Positions 18,780 to 26,975 of a stretch of 64,000 nt of DNA are shown here, piece by piece. Every line of letters begins with the position of its first letter. Positions within the stretch are counted from its first letter, which is position 1. The stretch comes from Vulcanimicrobiota bacterium (lineage in GTDB: Bacteria; Vulcanimicrobiota; Vulcanimicrobiia; Vulcanimicrobiales; Vulcanimicrobiaceae), in NCBI GenBank assembly GCA_963820825.1, contig CAWGBN010000006.1, positions 320,001 to 384,000 of the forward strand, given 5' to 3'. The position numbers and the translations under genes were made by a program. Below the pieces are notes generated by a model. The model made no database searches, was not told the DNA's origin, and saw only the letters and a program-made list of their open reading frames with translations.

Positions 18780-19346
18780 ATGCAGGGAGTAGAAGGAAAG
18801 CGCGTCGCCGCTCTTATCGGCGACGGATTTGAGGAAATCGAGCTGGTGGAACCCCGGCGGGCCCTCGAAGAGGCCGGCGCGATCGTCACGATCGTCGGCA
18901 TCGACGAACGCTCGCGTCAGCGCATCCGCGGGAAGCGCGGCCTCGACGACGGTCAGAGCCTCCGAGCCGAAGAGCTCGTTGCAGATTGTACGGCCGAAGA
19001 TTTCGACGCGCTTCTGATTCCCGGCGGATCTTCCCCGGACCGGATTCGGACCGATCGGGAAGTGCATCGCTTCGTGCGCGAGTTCGATGCCGTCAAGAAG
19101 CCGATGTTCGCGATGGGACACGGCGCGCAAGTATTGATCTCCTCGCAGATCGTGCGCGGCCGTCAGGTGACCGGCGTACATTCGATTGCCGACGACATTC
19201 GAAATGCCGGCGGCCTCTATCGCGATCAGCCGACGGTAACCGACTCCAACTGGGTCTCTTCGCGCGGCAGCGACGATCTGCTCCAGTTCAACCGTGCGAT
19301 GCTCGAGAAGCTCGCGACGGCGACGCCCGCTCAAATCGGATCGTAG
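18780..19346 (+). CDS. PfpI/DJ-1-family protein lacking the nucleophilic Cys
   Basis: GFEEIEL, DALLIPGG, PDRIR; AMGHG in place of AICHG. Confidence 0.88.
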   Translation: MQGVEGKRVAALIGDGFEEIELVEPRRALEEAGAIVTIVGIDERSRQRIRGKRGLDDGQSLRAEELVADCTAEDFDALLIPGGSSPDRIRTDREVHRFVREFDAVKKPMFAMGHGAQVLISSQIVRGRQVTGVHSIADDIRNAGGLYRDQPTVTDSNWVSSRGSDDLLQFNRAMLEKLATATPAQIGS

Positions 19347-19906
19347 CGCGCCAGCGCCTCGCCGTATTGACGCAGGGCGAGAAACGCGATCACCGCGCAG
19401 AAGAGCAGCTCTCCCGGAACCGAGCGCGCCGCGGCGACGAGCGCGTAGGCGGCGCCGCTCGTTCCGGCTGCAAGCGCCACGTAGAGCGCGCGCGCGCCGC
19501 CGCGCCGAATCGTCGCCGAGAGTGCGGTCAACGTTACCGCGGCGACGGCCGCGATTGCAATCAATAGCGTGAGGGGAACCGCGGGTGCGTCGCGCAGCGC
19601 TTGCGCTGCGGCGTACGCAAGCGCCGCGAGCGCCGCAGCGGCGCACGGCACCAGCGCCTTCGCGCGCGCCAGCTCGCGTCCGAAGAGCGGCGCGCTCTGC
19701 TCGCAACGGTCGAGATGCGGATAGCGCCCCGGGCTCTGCGCGAGCGCCATTGCGATGCCGAGCAGCGAGAGCAGAAAGAGCGGAGCGGCGATTCCCGCCG
19801 GCTGAAAGAGTCCGGCGATAAAGGCCGCCGCGCACGAATAGAAGACGATGCGCCGCTGCGCGTAGAGGCGGGCGCGAAGAACGCCCAGCAGCGTGCGCAT
19901 CCTCAT
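19331..19906 (-). CDS. Hypothetical membrane protein (ABC permease-like)
   Basis: Multiple TM helices; APLFGRELARAKAL loop; ATGA overlap with the upstream ATPase-like gene. Confidence 0.6.
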   Translation of the reverse strand: MRMRTLLGVLRARLYAQRRIVFYSCAAAFIAGLFQPAGIAAPLFLLSLLGIAMALAQSPGRYPHLDRCEQSAPLFGRELARAKALVPCAAAALAALAYAAAQALRDAPAVPLTLLIAIAAVAAVTLTALSATIRRGGARALYVALAAGTSGAAYALVAAARSVPGELLFCAVIAFLALRQYGEALARYDPI

Positions 19907-20475
19907 GCTTGCTGGATTCCGAGCCCCAGCGTGGCCGGTGTAAAGACCCGGGCAGCGCTCGCGTCGGAATGAACGGTGAGCAACGCTCGGCGGCCGATCG
20001 CCGCGAAAATTTGCGGCGCGTAGGCTGGTTCGGGGCGATCGAGCACGACGAGCTGCGGCATGCCGACGAGCGCACCGATCAGCGGGTAGGCGAGGGCTTC
20101 GTGCATGCCCGCGAGCCGCTTGCGCAAGAGGGCGGCGTGTACGTGCGCCCGCTGCGTTTCCAGGTTCCAAAGGGCGGCGCGATAGGCGATATACCGGTCG
20201 AACTCATCTTCGTCGAGCGCGAACGGCTCGTGCGGAACGAGCGCGGCGATTCGCTTGCACGCGACCGATTGAACGTGCGGGTCGTAGTCGCCGATGAGGA
20301 CGCACCCGCTCGAAGCCTTGACGATGCCCGTTGCGAGCAGCGCGACGATGGCAGCCTCCTGCGGCGAGGCGACGTTGAGAGCGGCGCGCTCCCCCCGCGC
20401 GAGATCGAGCGTCACCGGTCCGGCGCAGAGGTCGCCGCGCGAAAACGTGGCGTCTCTCATGCGAAGCAAGGGCAT
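19903..20475 (-). CDS. Degenerate ABC ATP-binding-like protein
   Basis: ABC scaffold (LDLARGE, GIVKASSG.VLIG, LVP, PQLVVLDRP, TVHS) without Walker A or LSGGQ. Confidence 0.6.
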   Translation of the reverse strand: MPLLRMRDATFSRGDLCAGPVTLDLARGERAALNVASPQEAAIVALLATGIVKASSGCVLIGDYDPHVQSVACKRIAALVPHEPFALDEDEFDRYIAYRAALWNLETQRAHVHAALLRKRLAGMHEALAYPLIGALVGMPQLVVLDRPEPAYAPQIFAAIGRRALLTVHSDASAARVFTPATLGLGIQQA

Positions 20476-20525
20476 TGCAGGAGGTACATTCGGCGGTCCA
20501 GAGCCAACTCCACCATTCGCGCCTC

Positions 20526-22247
20526 ATGTTGAGCAATAGCGAAGTCGCGCAGAAGCTGCTGGAAATCCGCACGCTCATGGAGATGGCGGGCGACTCCTTC
20601 TATAAATACATGGCCTTCGAAAAGGCCGCCGCCTCGGTCGAAAACGCACCGCCGCTCGGCGACTTGGTCGCGGCCGGCGAGCATCTCCAACTTCCGGGCA
20701 TCGGAAAGTCGATCGGCGCGGTCGTCGAGCAACTGGTGCGCACCGGTCGCGCCGACCAGCTCGATCAACTCCACGAACGCTTTCCGCCCTCGCTGCTCGA
20801 GGTATTGGGCGTCAGCGGCATCGGCACCAAGACCGCGGCGATGCTCTTCATCGATTACGGAATCGCGTCGCTGGCCGACCTCGAGGCTGCGATCGCGGCC
20901 GGCAGGCTCGCCGGCGTGCCTCGTCTCGGAAATAAGACGATCGAAAACTGGCGCCGCGGAATCCTCGCCTATCGCGGCCGACAGCGCCGCACGCCGCTCC
21001 CGCAGGCGCTCGTCATCGCCCGCGAGGCGATGGATTACGTGCGCGAAGGACCGCCGCTCGACCGCCTCTGCTACGCCGGAAGCTTGCGCCGGGCCGAAGT
21101 CACCGTCGGCGACATAGACCTAGTCTGTACCTCGCCCAACGCCGCCGGCGTCATCGCCCACTTCACCGCTTGGAAGCGTGCGCAGGCCGTGCTCGCGGAG
21201 GGTCCGACGAAGGCGAGCATCTGGCTTCCCGGCGGCCTGCAGATCGACTTGCGGGTGCTTCCCGATCATCTCTACGGAAATCTACTGCAGCACTTCACCG
21301 GATCGCGCGAGCACAACATCAAGCTCCGCGAGCAGGCCGTGCGCGCGAGCCTGCGCGTCAGCGAGAACGGAATCCTCAACCTCGAAAACGGCGAGGTCAT
21401 CACCTGCTCCGACGAAGCCGGCGTCTACGAAGCGCTCGGGATGCAGTACATTCCTCCCGAACTGCGCAGCGGACTCGACGAAATCGATCTCGCCCGCGCC
21501 CGCGCGATTCCGGATCTCGTGAAGTTGACCGACCTCTGCGGCGATTTCCACATGCACACGACCTGGAGCGACGGCGACGACTCGCTCGAGGAGATGATCG
21601 CGGCGGCGGCCGCGCGCGGCTATGCGTACCACGCGATCAGCGACCATTCGCAGGGACGCGGCTTCGGCCTCGCGCCGGAACGGCTGCTCGAACAGCGTGC
21701 GGCGATCGAGAAGCTGAGCGCACGCTACGGAATCGGCACCCTCTGTGCCAGCGAGGTCGACATTCTCCCCGACGGATCGATGGACTACGACGACGCAGTG
21801 CTCGCACGGCTCGACGTCGTGATCGGGTCGGTTCATTCGGCGGTGAGGCAATCGCGCGAGGAGATGACCGCGCGATTGATTCGCGCCTGCGAGAATCCCT
21901 ACGTCACGGTCATCGGCCATCCGACCGGACGCCGCTTCGATGGTTTTGCCGGCTACGAATTCGATTACGACGCAGTCTTCGCCGCCGCGGCGCGAACCGG
22001 TACGGCGCTCGAAATCGACGGACAAGCGGCGCGGCTCGATCTGCCCGCACCGCTCGCTCGCAAGGCCAAGAGCTTCGGGGTCACCTTTACGCTCGACAGC
22101 GATGCGCATCGAACGGGCGATTTGGCGGCGATCGAGTTTGCCGTCGGACAAGCGCGGCGCGCCGGGTTGACGAAGGCCGACGTGCTCAACGCGCAGCCGC
22201 TCGAGGCGGTGCGCGCTTTCGTCGCGCGCAAACGAGAAGCGGCGTGA
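20526..22247 (+). CDS. polX: DNA polymerase X / PHP exonuclease
   Basis: HhH LPGIG, AGSLRR, GDIDL, QIDLRV, FTGS, DFHMHTTWSDG, DSDAH. Confidence 0.95.
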   Translation: MLSNSEVAQKLLEIRTLMEMAGDSFYKYMAFEKAAASVENAPPLGDLVAAGEHLQLPGIGKSIGAVVEQLVRTGRADQLDQLHERFPPSLLEVLGVSGIGTKTAAMLFIDYGIASLADLEAAIAAGRLAGVPRLGNKTIENWRRGILAYRGRQRRTPLPQALVIAREAMDYVREGPPLDRLCYAGSLRRAEVTVGDIDLVCTSPNAAGVIAHFTAWKRAQAVLAEGPTKASIWLPGGLQIDLRVLPDHLYGNLLQHFTGSREHNIKLREQAVRASLRVSENGILNLENGEVITCSDEAGVYEALGMQYIPPELRSGLDEIDLARARAIPDLVKLTDLCGDFHMHTTWSDGDDSLEEMIAAAAARGYAYHAISDHSQGRGFGLAPERLLEQRAAIEKLSARYGIGTLCASEVDILPDGSMDYDDAVLARLDVVIGSVHSAVRQSREEMTARLIRACENPYVTVIGHPTGRRFDGFAGYEFDYDAVFAAAARTGTALEIDGQAARLDLPAPLARKAKSFGVTFTLDSDAHRTGDLAAIEFAVGQARRAGLTKADVLNAQPLEAVRAFVARKREAA

Positions 22248-23014
22248 TTGCCGGAGGGAGGCTCGCCGGCCCGCAATCGTCGGCTTTGCGCAACGAGAAG
22301 CCGCCGTTGATCTTCGTGCACGGCGTCGGCTCGACGGCCGCGATTTGGGATTATCAGCTGCGCGAATTCGGCGGCGAGCGGATCTGCGCGGCGATCGAGT
22401 TGCGCGGCAACGGCGCGAGCAAACCCGATCCGGACCCGGCGACGATCACGCGCGCTGGTTTTGCAGAAGACGTGCTGGCGGTCGCCGATGCGCTCGGGGC
22501 CGAACGCTTTACGATCGTGGGCTGCAGTCTCGGAGGCGTGGTCGCGTTCGAGCTTTGGCAGCGAGCCTCGCACCGCATTGAAGCGATGGCGATCCTCGGA
22601 AGTTTTGTGCGCTACCCTGATGGCGCGCAGGTCGCGGAGCGCATCTCCGGTGAAGCGCGCGCCGCCGGATCGATGCGAACCTACGGCGAGCAGCGCGCGA
22701 CGAAGCTGGGTTTGCCGCCGGGCCGGTTCTCCGAAACGGTCGAGCAGTTCGCGTGTAAGTCGGTCGATTGTTTCGTGGCTTCGACGCAAGCGACGTGGAC
22801 CGGCGACTACCGCGACGTTCTGCCGAGCATAAACGTACCCACACTCGTCGCATACGGCGAGCACGACGTAGTTGCGCCACGTCCTCTGGCGGAGGAGATT
22901 GCAGCCGGAATCTCCAGCGCGGCGCTTGCGACGATTCCCGCCGCCGGCCACGTCGCAAATGCCGACAATCCGATGGCATTTAACGCGCTCTTGCGAACGT
23001 TTGTCGAAAGGTGA
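22244..23014 (+). CDS. Alpha/beta hydrolase
   Basis: FVHG, GCSLGG, GEHD, AGH; GTGA overlap with polX. Confidence 0.88.
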   Translation: MIAGGRLAGPQSSALRNEKPPLIFVHGVGSTAAIWDYQLREFGGERICAAIELRGNGASKPDPDPATITRAGFAEDVLAVADALGAERFTIVGCSLGGVVAFELWQRASHRIEAMAILGSFVRYPDGAQVAERISGEARAAGSMRTYGEQRATKLGLPPGRFSETVEQFACKSVDCFVASTQATWTGDYRDVLPSINVPTLVAYGEHDVVAPRPLAEEIAAGISSAALATIPAAGHVANADNPMAFNALLRTFVER

Positions 23015-23973
23015 GACGCGCCTCGTTTGTCGCAGCCGCCGCCGGCGCCGCTGCGGTCGCAGCGCTTCCGAAGATCGCAATCGGTATGGAATCCGAGTAT
23101 CGGCTTGAGACGACGACCGGAACGATCGATGGATCGCTGGAGAGCGTCGCCGCGTCGCCCGCACCCGTCGTCCTGATCGTTGCCGGTTCGGGCCCGACCG
23201 ATCGGAACGGTAACTCACCGCGTTACGGACTCATGACCGACGCATACAAACTACTCGCGGCGGACCTTGCACGCGAGAACGTCGCTTCGCTGCGATACGA
23301 TAAGCGCGGAATCGGTGCGAGTTCCGCCGCGATGGCGTCGGAGGAGAGCCTAACGTTCGATACGTACGTGAACGACGCGGCCGATTGGCTGCGCCGGCTT
23401 CGCGCCGACGGCCGATTCTCGAAGATCGTCATCGCGGGCCATAGCGAAGGCTCGCTCGTCGCGATGATTGCCGCGCAGCGGGCGCCGGCCGATGCCTTCG
23501 TGAGTCTGGAAGGCGCGGGACGTCCGATTCCGGTGGTGTTGCGCGAGCAGCTCAAGCCAAAGCTCTCCGCCGAACTCTACGCCCAGGCCGACGCCATCAT
23601 CTCATCGCTGCAGAAGGGAAAGCGCGTCGCCGACATTCCATCGGATCTCATGGTGCTCTTTCGTCCGTCCGTGCAGCCGTATCTCATATCGTGGTTCAAG
23701 TACGATCCGGCGGTGGAGATCGCGAAGCTTCGCATACCGCTCACGATCGTGCAAGGCACTGCCGACGTGCAGGTGACGATGAACGACGCGCAGGCATTGC
23801 ATGCGGCGGCCCCGTCGTCGCGGCTTCTCGTTGTGGAGGGGATGAACCACGTGCTCAAATACTCGCCCGACGTTTCGTCGCCGGCTGCGATTGCCAAAGC
23901 GTACGCAGACCCTTCGCTTCCGATCGATCCGCAAGTAACGGATACGATCGTAGCTGCGGCAGGACATGCGTAA
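23011..23973 (+). CDS. Exported alpha/beta hydrolase
   Basis: MRRASF Tat-like leader; AGSGPTDRNGN, YDKRG, GHSEG, QGTAD, MNHVLK. Confidence 0.9.
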   Translation: MRRASFVAAAAGAAAVAALPKIAIGMESEYRLETTTGTIDGSLESVAASPAPVVLIVAGSGPTDRNGNSPRYGLMTDAYKLLAADLARENVASLRYDKRGIGASSAAMASEESLTFDTYVNDAADWLRRLRADGRFSKIVIAGHSEGSLVAMIAAQRAPADAFVSLEGAGRPIPVVLREQLKPKLSAELYAQADAIISSLQKGKRVADIPSDLMVLFRPSVQPYLISWFKYDPAVEIAKLRIPLTIVQGTADVQVTMNDAQALHAAAPSSRLLVVEGMNHVLKYSPDVSSPAAIAKAYADPSLPIDPQVTDTIVAAAGHA

Positions 23974-24171
23974 GCGAGTTGCATCCCTGTTGGAGATTTT
24001 ACTCTCGAGGTAATGCGTCATCCGCTTTTAAGCGGGGTAAAGGTCCGTTACCGCACCTACAGATGCATTACCGCGCCCCGGTTCGCGTCGCTGGTCCGAG
24101 ATGGCGCTTTGCGGCCCCGGATCGCTTTGCACGAGGCGGCTTGAGCTCGCGCGTCGCGAGAATTCGGTGGT

Positions 24172-24693
24172 TCAAAGTTCTGCTGCCAGTAGGTTTCGCC
24201 ATGCAGCATATGCGTCGGCGTTTTGCGATGTGGCCTTGGTCTGAGCCAGCATCGCACTACCGAATGAGCGAAAGTCGCTGCCAAATTGACTCTCCAAAAG
24301 CTTCCATGCGGCGCGCATTCCGGGCGTCGAGAAATAGAATTTGACACCCGCAACATAGCTATCGAACGCCGCGTCCGAAAGCATCCCAGCCTCGTGCTGA
24401 AGAAATGAGTCCTCGCCACTGAGAAACAGCGCGCGACAGAGCCACATCCATTGAGTGAATTCCTCTCGCGTTAGCTCCGTGTCTCCCGCCATACCTTTTT
24501 GGAGAACGCGCACGAGCTCAGAGCTCGCAACTGCCAAAGCGGCTTGGGAGGTCCGATCTGCTCGTCCCTGCTGCATCGTCGCGCGCTGAACACGCTCGGC
24601 TTGACGCACCTGCTGCGCCAGATACAGGAGAGAAGCGATCACCGCCACCGCGGCGATCGACTGGCTGACATAAAAGATGTGCTCAAGGGACAT
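24172..24693 (-). CDS. Hypothetical protein with N-terminal TM anchor
   Basis: MSLEHIFYVSQSIAAVAVIASLLYLAQQVRQ, then a helical domain; GGAGG upstream. Confidence 0.7.
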   Translation of the reverse strand: MSLEHIFYVSQSIAAVAVIASLLYLAQQVRQAERVQRATMQQGRADRTSQAALAVASSELVRVLQKGMAGDTELTREEFTQWMWLCRALFLSGEDSFLQHEAGMLSDAAFDSYVAGVKFYFSTPGMRAAWKLLESQFGSDFRSFGSAMLAQTKATSQNADAYAAWRNLLAAEL

Positions 24694-24800
24694 GATTGCG
24701 CCCAGGCATGCTGTGGGCGATATCTCGCCTCCTCCCAAGCTTGAAGATGGCCGCCGCCGCTCCCGGGCGGCGAGGCCGCGAGGCGCAGGAACCCTTTAGG

Positions 24801-25100
24801 TCAGTCTTTCAGCTCAACGAAGACGACGTGTGTATCGGTGGTCCCTATGTTCTCGCCCGTATGGATTTCAGCAGGCCGCCAGAGTGCCCGTCCTGTTTCC
24901 AGAGCGACTTCCTTAACGTCATCGCCAACAGTCAGCCGGCGCCGGAAGTCAGACAGAGTTAACAGCACACTGTTAGGGTGCCGATGTGGTTTCGTCTTCG
25001 CTCCGGGGGTGTCTCGGTAGTCCAGAACTCGGACCCGGCCGTTCTCGAAAATCGTCTTGTACTTGTCCGGATCGGTGTACGTCGGATCTAGATCGTCCAT
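24801..25100 (-). CDS. Small cupin-domain protein
   Basis: FENGRVRVL, PGAKTKPHRHP, HTGENIG, VELK. Confidence 0.85.
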   Translation of the reverse strand: MDDLDPTYTDPDKYKTIFENGRVRVLDYRDTPGAKTKPHRHPNSVLLTLSDFRRRLTVGDDVKEVALETGRALWRPAEIHTGENIGTTDTHVVFVELKD

Positions 25101-25294
25101 GTGGCAGCCCCCTTTCTCTCAACGGCGCTACGCTCGAAAGGGGACGTTCCTCTTCCCCGGCGAGTGACATTACCGAAGCCTCAGGCTGGGCTCTAGGGGT
25201 TCGCGCAGGCACTCCAAAACCACCCTATCTTGCCTCGAAAAGTGGCATAACTTTGGGATACCCGCCATCTCCCCACGCTGCGCTGACGCAGCGG

Positions 25295-26140
25295 TCATAC
25301 GATCCGGGCTGGTACGGTATAGACGTTCGCGCGGTCGCCGCGCACGAAACCCGCGAGCGTCACGTTAAACTCGCGGGCTACGTCGACGGCGAGACTGCTC
25401 GGCGCGGAAACCGATGCAACGATCGGAACGCCGGCCATGACGGCTTTCTGGAGTATCTCGTAGCTCGCTCGGCCGCTGACCATCAACACGCACCCGCGCA
25501 GCGGTAAGCGCGCATCGAGCAGCGCCCAGCCGACGAGTTTGTCGACCGCGTTATGGCGTCCGACGTCTTCGCGAACGATCACGGCCTCGCCATTCGCAGT
25601 GAAAAGCGCGGCCGCGTGTAGGCCGCCGGTCGTCGAAAAGACGCGCTGGGCCGCGCGCATGCGCTCGGGCAAAGAGTAGAGCACGCCATGCGCTAGTCGC
25701 AGGTCGTCGTCGATCGGCGCGGCACCGAGCTCGCGCAGCGATTCGAGCTGCGCGCGTCCGCAGACGCCGCACGCGCTGCTCATCGCGAAGTGTCGTTCGA
25801 AGCGCTGCAGGTCGCGCACTCGCACAGACGAGCGAAGTTCGATGCTGACGACGTTGTAGCGCTGATCGGGGTCGAGCGCGGGGTCGAGGCAATAGGTAAC
25901 TTCGGCGATCTCGTTGCGGTCGCGCACGATGCCTTCGTTGTGGACGAAGCCCGCGGCGAGCTCGAAATCGTTACCGGGGGTGCGCATCGTCACGGCGAGA
26001 GTTTGCGATCGGCCATTCGTCGAGAGGCGAAGCTCGAGCGGCTCTTCGCCGACGATTTGGTCGTAGCGGCGAGCGCGGTGCTCGCCGTCGAGTGCGACGA
26101 CCTCGGTTTCGACCGTGCGGCCGGCTCTAGTCGTTTCCAT
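25295..26140 (-). CDS. fdhD: Formate dehydrogenase accessory sulfurtransferase
   Basis: EEPLE, MRTPG, SACGVCG, TGGLHAA, EDVGRHNAVDK, SGRAS. Confidence 0.95.
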   Translation of the reverse strand: METTRAGRTVETEVVALDGEHRARRYDQIVGEEPLELRLSTNGRSQTLAVTMRTPGNDFELAAGFVHNEGIVRDRNEIAEVTYCLDPALDPDQRYNVVSIELRSSVRVRDLQRFERHFAMSSACGVCGRAQLESLRELGAAPIDDDLRLAHGVLYSLPERMRAAQRVFSTTGGLHAAALFTANGEAVIVREDVGRHNAVDKLVGWALLDARLPLRGCVLMVSGRASYEILQKAVMAGVPIVASVSAPSSLAVDVAREFNVTLAGFVRGDRANVYTVPARIV

Positions 26141-26975
26141 CGTGCTCCAACGGGCGGTTCTGCACGTATTGATAGCCGAACCGGCCCTTGACGCATAAGT
26201 GCCCGCTCGTCGTGCCGTTCTCGATCGGCGAGCTGACCTTCACGATCTCGTTATCCTGCACGTGCAGCGTGAGCGTACAGCCGACGCCGCAGTACGAACA
26301 GATCGTATCGGTGACGGTCTGCTCCGCTTCCTTCCATTCTCCGCGCTCGCGCAGCTCGTATTCGGAGGAGAACATGAGCGCACCGGTCGGGCAGACCCCG
26401 ATGCAGTTTCCGCAATAGACGCAGGCCGAGTCGGGCAGCGGAACGTCGAATTCGGTCGAGATGTGCGCCTCGAAGCCGCGTCCTGCGGCGGCGATAGCAA
26501 AGGTATTCTGCGCGTCGGTTCCGCAGGCTTCGACACACTTATAACAGAGAATGCATTTTCCGTAATCGCGTACGTAGAGCGTGTTGTCAATCTTCACCGG
26601 CTGCGCGACGTGCTCCGCACTCGCGCCGTACCGAGCGGGATCGGCGCCGTATTGCTCGCAGAATCGCAGGGCATCCGGCGCGGTCGAGAGGTCGACCGAC
26701 GAGGCGAGAAACTCGAGGACCATCTTGCGGCTGTGGCGCACGCGTTCCGTATCGGTTCGCACGGCCATGCCGGACTCGGCGCGGCGGGCGCACGCGGGCA
26801 CCAGTACGCGTGCACCTTCGAGCTCGACGACGCAGACTCGACACGCATTGACCGGGGTTAGCGATTCGAGAAAACAGAGCGTCGGCGTCTCGACACCCGC
26901 GCTCGTGCAGGCATCGAGAATCGTTGAACCTTCCGCCACGCGCACGGCGATGCCGTCGATTGTCAGATCTACCAT
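26127..26975 (-). CDS. FDH iron-sulfur subunit (NuoG/FdsA N-terminal-like: 2Fe-2S, 2x4Fe-4S and the Mo-enzyme 4Fe-4S domain)
   Basis: PTLC..ACRVC..PAC; CILCYKCVEAC; CVYCGNCIGVCP; CSYCGVGC...LCVKGRFG. Confidence 0.9.
   Translation of the reverse strand: MVDLTIDGIAVRVAEGSTILDACTSAGVETPTLCFLESLTPVNACRVCVVELEGARVLVPACARRAESGMAVRTDTERVRHSRKMVLEFLASSVDLSTAPDALRFCEQYGADPARYGASAEHVAQPVKIDNTLYVRDYGKCILCYKCVEACGTDAQNTFAIAAAGRGFEAHISTEFDVPLPDSACVYCGNCIGVCPTGALMFSSEYELRERGEWKEAEQTVTDTICSYCGVGCTLTLHVQDNEIVKVSSPIENGTTSGHLCVKGRFGYQYVQNRPLEHDGND

Noticed and set aside
21170..23014. 614-aa ORF suggesting a long N-terminal extension on the hydrolase
   Set aside because: The upstream part is an off-frame shadow of polX; the GTGA overlap at 22244 gives the natural start
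24009..24072. Fluoride riboswitch resemblance on the minus strand
   Set aside because: It lacks the loop/3' pseudoknot complementarity and has no downstream gene in that orientation; kept only as an unassigned structure
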